Source: an uncultured Granulosicoccaceae bacterium
GTDB lineage: Bacteria; Pseudomonadota; Gammaproteobacteria; Granulosicoccales; Granulosicoccaceae
Assembly (NCBI GenBank): GCA_937998875.1
Contig: CALLBO010000071.1
Location: forward strand, 8,087 to 72,086
Reading direction: 5' to 3'
DNA: 64,000 bases
The translations under genes were made by a program, and so were the position numbers. Below, one piece after another: positions 57,606 to 64,000 of this stretch. The stretch's first letter is position 1. Each line of letters opens with the position of its first letter. The notes under the pieces are model-generated. The model was not told the origin of the DNA and did no database searches. It was given only the letters and a program-made list of their open reading frames with translations.

Positions 57606-57926
57606 ATGACTCAAAAAGTAAAGGTTTGTCACCTGCAGGATGTGCCACTGCGTGAAATGCGATGTGTATCTCTTTCAGACAGAAACGTATTGGTCGCGCA
57701 CACAGCAGAAGGATGGTTTGTAGCTGATGAAATGTGCACTCATGAGGATGCACGACTTTGCGATGGCAATCTGAACGGCACACTCGTTAAGTGCCCGCTA
57801 CACGGCAGCCGGTTCGATCTGACTACTGGTGCCGTGCTTGATGATCCCGCAGACGAACCATTGAATATTTATCAAGTGATCACTGAAGGTGACATCGTAT
57901 ATGTCACACTGGACGAGAGTAACTAA
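57606..57926 (+). CDS. Rieske [2Fe-2S] ferredoxin-type protein
   Basis: Contains CTHEDARL...CPLHGSRF (CxH...CxxH). ~106 aa. Confidence 0.8.
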   Translation: MTQKVKVCHLQDVPLREMRCVSLSDRNVLVAHTAEGWFVADEMCTHEDARLCDGNLNGTLVKCPLHGSRFDLTTGAVLDDPADEPLNIYQVITEGDIVYVTLDESN

Positions 57927-59069
57927 ATGGCAAAGCATGATGTAGATGTACCACCAACAGCGGGACCGGAATTGATTCACTCCGTACTGCAACGCGTGGC
58001 AACCGGGCCTGAACTCAGCAAAAACATTTCTCATGAAGAATCGCATTCCATGATGAATGCACTGCTTGAAAACAAGATTGACCCTGTTCAGGCTGCAGTG
58101 TTCCTTATTGGCTTGCGCATGAAGCGTGAGACAGACACAGAGCTGAAAGGCCTGCTTGATGCGATACGGGATAATACTACTTACGCAATGGCTGACTGCG
58201 AAGATGTTATAGCATTTTCGGACCCGTACAACGGTTTCAACAGAACAATACACGCTTCCTTGTTTGTATTGCCAGTATTGGCAGCCTGTGGCGTCAATGC
58301 CTACTCGCACGGTGTAGAGCTGGCGGGTCCGAAGTACGGTGTGACGCATCATCAGATCATCAAGGCACTGGGTGGTGATCCTGAGATGTCCATGAATTCG
58401 GTAGCGCGGCAACTATCTGATCCCAAGATAGGCTGGGGCTACGCAGATCAATCTAAATTCTGCAGCAGCTTGTATGGATTACTCGGCTTACGATCAAAGA
58501 TCGTAAAGAGACCGGCGCTCACAACAACCGAAGTGATGCTGACTCCGATCACCGGTAGTGCAAGAACGCATTTGGTTACCGGTTACGTACATAAGCCATA
58601 CCGGGAAACCTACGCCATGCTGGCGCAGCACATGAAACTTGATTCACTGCTACTTATCAGAGGTACTGAAGGTGGTGTGATCCCTTCTTTCCGTGCAAAA
58701 GCACACTTTGTCCGGTATCAGATTGACCGTGCTACCGAGGAGCACGATGTAGCGCTTGAACCTATGCAGTTAAATCGTGACTATCGTGCTGAAGATATTC
58801 CTGAGACGTTTGCCAAACCTAAATCTCCGTTACAGCACCTGGGTATGAAATGGGACAACGAAAAGCTCGCCAATCTGTGTGCTGAGAAAGGCGTAAATGC
58901 ATTGCGAGGTGAGGCGGGTGCAGCGTATGACGCCGCAGTAATTGGCACTGCTTTGACCCTCTGGCATCTTGGAAAAGCCTCCACGCTGGTTGAGGCAGCA
59001 GACACAGCGAGAAAAGCCATTCAATCAGGTAACGCGCTGGCACGACTGAACGCAGGACTGCAAAGCTAA
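57927..59069 (+). CDS. anthranilate phosphoribosyltransferase-fold (TrpD2-like) protein lacking the GTGGD PRPP motif
   Basis: The N-terminal helical domain plus alpha/beta domain is collinear with TrpD. The motif positions read SDPYNG and SHGVELAGPKYG in place of GTGGD and KHGNR. Confidence 0.65.
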   Translation: MAKHDVDVPPTAGPELIHSVLQRVATGPELSKNISHEESHSMMNALLENKIDPVQAAVFLIGLRMKRETDTELKGLLDAIRDNTTYAMADCEDVIAFSDPYNGFNRTIHASLFVLPVLAACGVNAYSHGVELAGPKYGVTHHQIIKALGGDPEMSMNSVARQLSDPKIGWGYADQSKFCSSLYGLLGLRSKIVKRPALTTTEVMLTPITGSARTHLVTGYVHKPYRETYAMLAQHMKLDSLLLIRGTEGGVIPSFRAKAHFVRYQIDRATEEHDVALEPMQLNRDYRAEDIPETFAKPKSPLQHLGMKWDNEKLANLCAEKGVNALRGEAGAAYDAAVIGTALTLWHLGKASTLVEAADTARKAIQSGNALARLNAGLQS

Positions 59070-59168
59070 CTCAATTTACCAGTCGCTTTGATGATGCTGA
59101 TTTCTTCTGCTATGTTGATCAAAGGAACCCATTTCCAACTGACCGGGATCCAAACAGGAGGACTTTAC

Positions 59169-60248
59169 ATGAAGATGCATCAGATTCGACTTTTTTCCAT
59201 TTCCACTATATTTTTAGTATTGCTAACCGCCTCCCCTCACGCAGCGGCACAAGTAGATAAACAGGCAGATAAGCATGGAGAATTTATGGGTGCTATGGAG
59301 ACCGTCTATCCCGACTGGTTCAAGACCAGTTTTATGGAACTGGAAGAAGACATTCTCGAAGCAAAGGAAGCCGGCAAACGGTTAATGCTGGTCTTTCATC
59401 AGGATGGATGCCCTTACTGCAACGCTTTTGTCGAGAACAACCTTGCACAGAAGGACATTGAAGAAACCGTTAGGGAAAATTTCGATGTCATTGAAATCAA
59501 TATGTGGGGTGACCGTGAAGTTACCAGCGTAGAAGGCCAGGAGTTTACTGAAAAACTATTCGCAGAACGGCTGGGAGTTCAGTTCACCCCGACGGTTTTG
59601 GTATTTGATGAGTCAGGACAGCAAACATTGAGAATAAACGGATACTACCCACCTGATAAATTTAGGCTTGCACTGGAGTATGCAACCAATAAGGCGCAGC
59701 AATCGCAAAGCTTCAACGAGTTCATTGCAGAGCGATACAAAGAACCGGGAAACACTCCACCTTTTAACCCTGAACTACAAGAACATATCGATGGCGATGC
59801 AAGTTCACTTGCAAAACTATCCAGACAAGACAAGCCACTGCTTTTACTATTTGAGCAAAGTGATTGCAAAAATTGCAAAGAATTGACCGATAACATTCTG
59901 CTGCTGGATGACACCCTGGAACTTCTTGCCGAATACAATGTAGTGAGAATAGACATGTGGGGTCGAACAGAGTTTGAAGATCTCAACGGGCAAACCGTCA
60001 CCGAGCGTGAGTTCGCAAGGAATTTGAACGTCAGCTACGCACCGACACTGATTTTCTACGCCTCAAATGAAGAACAGAAAAAGGAAGTTATCCGTTCGGA
60101 GGCGTGGTTCAAACGCTTTCATACACAGTCTATGCTCGACTACGTGCTGTCCGGGGGATGGGAACGGCAACCAAGCTTCCAACGCTACATTTCAGCCCGC
60201 GCCGACGAGATTCGCGAATCCGGTACCGATGTGGATATATTTGACTGA
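59169..60248 (+). CDS. periplasmic protein with two thioredoxin-like domains (SoxW-like)
   Basis: RBS AGGAGG and a signal peptide. Two CxxC motifs (CPYC and CKNC), each in a HQDGC/EQSDC thioredoxin context. Confidence 0.7.
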   Translation: MKMHQIRLFSISTIFLVLLTASPHAAAQVDKQADKHGEFMGAMETVYPDWFKTSFMELEEDILEAKEAGKRLMLVFHQDGCPYCNAFVENNLAQKDIEETVRENFDVIEINMWGDREVTSVEGQEFTEKLFAERLGVQFTPTVLVFDESGQQTLRINGYYPPDKFRLALEYATNKAQQSQSFNEFIAERYKEPGNTPPFNPELQEHIDGDASSLAKLSRQDKPLLLLFEQSDCKNCKELTDNILLLDDTLELLAEYNVVRIDMWGRTEFEDLNGQTVTEREFARNLNVSYAPTLIFYASNEEQKKEVIRSEAWFKRFHTQSMLDYVLSGGWERQPSFQRYISARADEIRESGTDVDIFD

Positions 60249-60396
60249 CAACCGGCCGGACAGCAGATGCCAGTGTTGACCCGGGTCAGTCCGAGAACGT
60301 CGCTGTACCGCGGCATTCGGCTCAAAGTGTGATCAAATCAGTCCGCTCAGGCACGCCTCAATTGAGAGGAATACCCGGGTACGCTATTATGCATAC

Positions 60397-60747
60397 ATGC
60401 AAATACGCGAATCTATTACAGCAGCGCTTGTAACGCTGGCCTGTTTCTGCCTTCCAGCCAAAGCGGCCGAATTGCTGATTGTCGAATCAGACGACTGCCC
60501 CTATTGCCAACGCTTTCATGCTGAAATCGGGGTGGCCTATCCAAAAACCGAAGAAGGCAAGCTGGCACCGCTAAGAATACTTCAACTAGGTGATCCGATG
60601 CCGGATGAATACCGGAATATAAAACCCGCCACCGTCACACCGACCTTTATACTCGTTGACAACAACACAGAAGTCGACCGATTACTCGGCTATCCGGGAG
60701 ATGAATACTTCTGGTTCCTGCTTGGCCAAATGCTGGAAAAACTTTGA
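60397..60747 (+). CDS. small periplasmic thioredoxin-like protein (SoxS-like)
   Basis: Signal peptide and a single CPYC motif. 116 aa. Immediately upstream of an ArsR-family gene. Confidence 0.6.
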   Translation: MQIRESITAALVTLACFCLPAKAAELLIVESDDCPYCQRFHAEIGVAYPKTEEGKLAPLRILQLGDPMPDEYRNIKPATVTPTFILVDNNTEVDRLLGYPGDEYFWFLLGQMLEKL

Positions 60748-61091
60748 TGTTACCAAAACTAAATCCAGACGCATCAGCCGAAGAAGTAAAAGCGTTAATG
60801 GCGCAGGCAGCAAAAGCCAGCAAGTTATTACGCTCACTGTCACATGAGACTCGCCTGTTAATTCTCTGCCTGCTCACTGAGCGCGATGAAATGTCTGTCA
60901 CTGAAATTGAAGAGATTGTGAAACTACCGCAAGCAACAGTCTCACAACAGCTTGCACGTCTACGTCTCGAAAATCTGGTAATGACCCGGCGTGAGGGCCG
61001 AACGATTTACTATCGAATAGCAGACAAGGACGTAAGCAATATCATCGAATCTTTATACGAACTATTCTGTAAGCCTGTACGCAATCGCTGA
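60747..61091 (+). CDS. ArsR/SmtB-family transcriptional regulator (SoxR-like position)
   Basis: Winged HTH: LLRSLSHETRLLILCLL...SVTEIEEIVKLPQATVSQQLARLR. The ATG overlaps the upstream TGA. Confidence 0.85.
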   Translation: MLPKLNPDASAEEVKALMAQAAKASKLLRSLSHETRLLILCLLTERDEMSVTEIEEIVKLPQATVSQQLARLRLENLVMTRREGRTIYYRIADKDVSNIIESLYELFCKPVRNR

Positions 61092-61096
61092 TCACT

Positions 61097-62170
61097 TTGA
61101 TCGACATTATCGCAGACGCGCCATGGTTTTTACCGATTGCAGGATTCGCAGTCGGCATACTGTTGGGTGCTGCAGCGCGATGGAGTGACTTCTGCACACT
61201 CACAGCTCTTGAGCGCTATTGGTATGCCAATGATGCGACCGGCGTGAGAACCTGGGTACTCGCGGCAGCCGTTGCTTTGGCATCAACCCAGCTGCTGATC
61301 ATTCTTCAGCTAATGGATATTACAGAAAGCTTTTATCTCAACCCGCGTTTATCGTTGCTTGGCGGCATTATTGGCGGAGTTCTATTCGGTGTTGGTATGG
61401 CATTGGTAGGCACTTGTAGTTTCGGTGCACTGGTAAGGCTGGGCAGCGGCAGCCTGCGCTCTTTAATCATTGTGATCATAGTCGGGTTATCTGCACTGTT
61501 TACACAACGCGGATGGCTTTCGCAATGGCGAACTTCAATAATTGAACCTCAGGCGTTTGAATTGAACGCTATAAGCCAGTCTCTGCCGTCATTGCTTCAG
61601 TCAGCCGCGGGTTTTGATTCGCGCGTGTTGCTGACAATCCTAATCAGTGGTGCATTGTTCAGCTGGATTTTTTCAAGTGCGGACTATCGCGGCAAACTGC
61701 CCCATATTCTGACTGGTGTGGTGGTAGGACTGTGCATAACCAGCGGCTGGGTGATCACCAGTAAGTTGAGTGAGGTTATGTACCGTCAGGTACAAATCGA
61801 ATCCGCCTCATTTGTGCTTCCTCCGGGTGAGCTAATCAATAATTTAACTTCGGCTACCGCCTCAGCCGCAGACTATGGAATCGGGCTTCTGCTCGGTGTC
61901 GTATTCGGTGCGTTTTTTATTGCAGCATTAAAACGACAAATACACTGGGAGGCATGTGACGATGCACGAGAGTTGGGAAGACACCTGGTGGGCTCGACAC
62001 TAATGGGCATCGGCGGCGTTCTCGCAGCCGGCTGCACCATTGGTCAGGGTGTATCTGCATTCTCAACCATGGCCATCTCGGCCCCGATAGTCGTGCTAAG
62101 CATCTGCATCGGAGCCCGCATGGGATTGCGAATGTTGTTTGAAGGTTTGCCGTTTATGCACAGGGCTTAA
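61097..62170 (+). CDS. YeeE/YedE-family sulfur-compound (thiosulfate) transporter (SoxT-like)
   Basis: Two homologous halves, each with a conserved Cys context (WSDFCTLTAL, GTCSFGAL, AAGCTIGQG). Confidence 0.85.
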   Translation: MIDIIADAPWFLPIAGFAVGILLGAAARWSDFCTLTALERYWYANDATGVRTWVLAAAVALASTQLLIILQLMDITESFYLNPRLSLLGGIIGGVLFGVGMALVGTCSFGALVRLGSGSLRSLIIVIIVGLSALFTQRGWLSQWRTSIIEPQAFELNAISQSLPSLLQSAAGFDSRVLLTILISGALFSWIFSSADYRGKLPHILTGVVVGLCITSGWVITSKLSEVMYRQVQIESASFVLPPGELINNLTSATASAADYGIGLLLGVVFGAFFIAALKRQIHWEACDDARELGRHLVGSTLMGIGGVLAAGCTIGQGVSAFSTMAISAPIVVLSICIGARMGLRMLFEGLPFMHRA

Positions 62171-62241
62171 CGTACAGACTTGAGAGATCGGCTTTAACGA
62201 TAATCTTTTGTCGCAGTGCACGAAAATTTTTATGGTAGCTT

Positions 62242-62393
62242 CACGTAGGGGGGATAAGCTTGCGCATCCACCAAACAACCGCTACCAACGCCACAGAAGT
62301 TACAGCGAATTAAATTGCCAGATTAACCGGTAGTTCTAAATCTGATGTGCTAAACATTGCTGGATGCGCAAGCTTATCCCCCACCCCTACGTG
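62242..62393. repeat. long inverted repeat (22-bp perfect core, ~29-33-nt arms, 90-nt spacer) between convergent genes
   Basis: Left arm cacgtaggggggataagcttgcgcatcca (62242-62270). Right arm tggatgcgcaagcttatcccccacccctacgtg (62361-62393). Confidence 0.85.
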
Positions 62394-62555
62394 GATTACG
62401 GGGACGCTTTTAAACAAACGGGCATGTGAGTAACGGATACTCTTCCAACACTTTTTATCTGCGATAAGCAGCTTCGGTTATGTAGCGGGTCTGCACACTA
62501 TTCCGAATAGCTCTGCCTGAGGATCTGCCATACACAACACGCCGCGTGTACTCCT

Positions 62556-63917
62556 CTACTCAAACTCCATCGCCCGATAGATTCGATCAGCATTTAATCC
62601 CGCCAACTCATCATAGGTATCCAGATGAGAAAACGCTGACTGGTCAATCTTGTAGGCGTCAATTAATGAACCGCCATCATCAAGAATCGCTGCAATTTCC
62701 GATCGCATATACTCGAGGTATCCGATAGTCCATTCAGTCACAACATCTATCGTTGTAGGATGGCCATGGCCGGGGATAACTACCTCGGGTTTAAGATTCT
62801 CAAACTCTTTCCACGTTTCCAGCCAGCCCGCAGTATCGCTATCATCAAAAACCGGTAACAGCCTTTCATGAAAGGCGAGATCGCCCGCAATCATGAGCTT
62901 ATGCTCCGGCAACCAAACCTGCGTATCACCCGGGCTGTGGGACGGGCCGAGATACAGTACTTCTACCTGCATATCCCCAAGATCTACCAAGTGAATGGTC
63001 TCAAAACTGATATCGGGTGTAGAGATTTCGGTTCCCATCGCTTTATCACGATTACGAAATTGCATACGCTCAAGTGTAGTGTTTCCGCGCTCTTCAATTA
63101 CATCAAATGTATCTACATGTGCAATGATTTCTGCGCCCTGCTGTTGCCAGTAATTCATGCCCAGCATCGCGTGTCCCTGCCCGTTTTCCAGCACCACATA
63201 TCTAACCGGCAGTGAAGTGTGCTTTTTAATTTCATCGTGTAAGGACTTAGCGAGCAGATAATTATCTGATGCATTGACGACCATCACTGCTTCTTTACCA
63301 ATGATGAAGGAAAGATTGTTGTTGTGGCCGGAGTTTTCATAGGTTGCTGGCGCCGTGGCACCGATAGCCGACCATACACCGTCTACAACTTGTATCGGCA
63401 TCCGGTACAACATTGAACCGACATACTCGTCACTCGGCTGCACTGGATGTCCGGCCTCAGGCCAGGCTGGAAAGCCGTCGGGGTAATTGAACACATTTTT
63501 GTAACCCATTCTTTGCAGCGTGGCAGCTGCCAGGGGGCTGCGCCGGTTCGTTCCACAATAAACGACTATCGGGGTTTCAAGATCCGGTATGCGGTCCGTG
63601 ACCTGAAACTCCAACCAACCCCGGTTTATATGATGGGTGCGTCGACCGGCTTTAATCATACCTCCGGTTAAAGCGATCTCGCGCTCGGTGCGTACGTCTA
63701 CCAATTCAAGACCAGGGTTCTCCCCAGCCATTTTGACTAATACTTCAGTACTAATGTTATTGATGCTGGCTTCAATTTCCTGAATAAATTCCTCACCTGT
63801 CACAACAGATTCTTCAGAACTTTGCGCTATCGCAAATGGAATCAACCCCATCGTCATGCCAGCCAGCAGAGTTGCGTAACCAATCCTGCAACGCAGTGTT
63901 CTAGTTTTCTTCGCCAT
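62556..63917 (-). CDS. periplasmic rhodanese domain fused to an MBL-fold domain with a degenerate first metal motif
   Basis: Signal peptide. Rhodanese loop VVYCGTNRRS. MBL motifs GPSHSPGD, IAGDLAF and IPGHGHP are present, but HxHxDH reads ENGQGH. Confidence 0.7.
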   Translation of the reverse strand: MAKKTRTLRCRIGYATLLAGMTMGLIPFAIAQSSEESVVTGEEFIQEIEASINNISTEVLVKMAGENPGLELVDVRTEREIALTGGMIKAGRRTHHINRGWLEFQVTDRIPDLETPIVVYCGTNRRSPLAAATLQRMGYKNVFNYPDGFPAWPEAGHPVQPSDEYVGSMLYRMPIQVVDGVWSAIGATAPATYENSGHNNNLSFIIGKEAVMVVNASDNYLLAKSLHDEIKKHTSLPVRYVVLENGQGHAMLGMNYWQQQGAEIIAHVDTFDVIEERGNTTLERMQFRNRDKAMGTEISTPDISFETIHLVDLGDMQVEVLYLGPSHSPGDTQVWLPEHKLMIAGDLAFHERLLPVFDDSDTAGWLETWKEFENLKPEVVIPGHGHPTTIDVVTEWTIGYLEYMRSEIAAILDDGGSLIDAYKIDQSAFSHLDTYDELAGLNADRIYRAMEFE

Positions 63918-64000
63918 GTTTTCTGCCTCTGCTCAAAGCCGGTTTACGCAGGTCCGGCCAATATGCCGATTGTTCAACTCAAGGGTTCTCACTCACCATC

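Noticed and set aside
62096-62278. 60-aa minus-strand ORF crossing the YeeE gene end and the left arm of the inverted repeat
   Set aside because: It overlaps a well-supported gene, runs into a repeat arm, and has no RBS.

Overview
This 64-kb window looks like chromosomal DNA from a gammaproteobacterial, Chromatiales-like sulfur oxidiser. That assignment is inferred from gene content and not checked against any database. I call about 65 protein-coding genes. I saw no rRNA, tRNA, CRISPR array, transposase, integrase or phage genes. The centrepiece is a complete oxidative-type dissimilatory sulfite reductase operon on the minus strand, dsrABEFHCMKLJOPNR (30777-43307). It has the same gene order as Allochromatium vinosum. 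No dsrS-sized gene follows dsrR (I have no DsrS sequence to compare against). Instead, a NarX/NarL-type two-component pair follows, and its kinase gene overlaps the end of dsrR. Four translationally coupled genes are transcribed divergently from dsrA (43514-46054): a TauD/gamma-BBH-like dioxygenase, a 63-aa protein, an acidic helical protein, and an orphan Cas6/Cmx6-like RAMP protein with no CRISPR or other cas genes in the window. This is my best candidate for an undescribed system. The left end (1469-6594) carries three tandem secreted proteins that share 13 copies of a Cys-bracketed SDPDGDGFGWEN module; two of them end in a GH12-like glycoside hydrolase domain. The right end (57606-63917) holds sulfur accessory genes resembling soxW, soxS, soxR and soxT, a YeeE/YedE permease, and a periplasmic rhodanese-MBL fusion. 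A 22-bp perfect inverted repeat lies between the permease and the fusion gene. The rest is housekeeping or accessory: fghA, rhomboid, amidase, HD protein, DUF368, FGE-like protein, DegP/Q, MBL hydrolase, a minimal SET-domain protein with a poly-lysine tail, MTHFS, Ada-like protein, ilvY-ilvC, ModF-like ATPase, MFS/MATE/EamA transporters, agmatinase-family enzyme, and kefG-kefC. A ~1.3-kb stretch with no convincing gene, containing gene remnants, lies at 46869-48162. All family assignments come from reading motifs in the supplied translations. No database search, GC calculation or fold prediction was possible.
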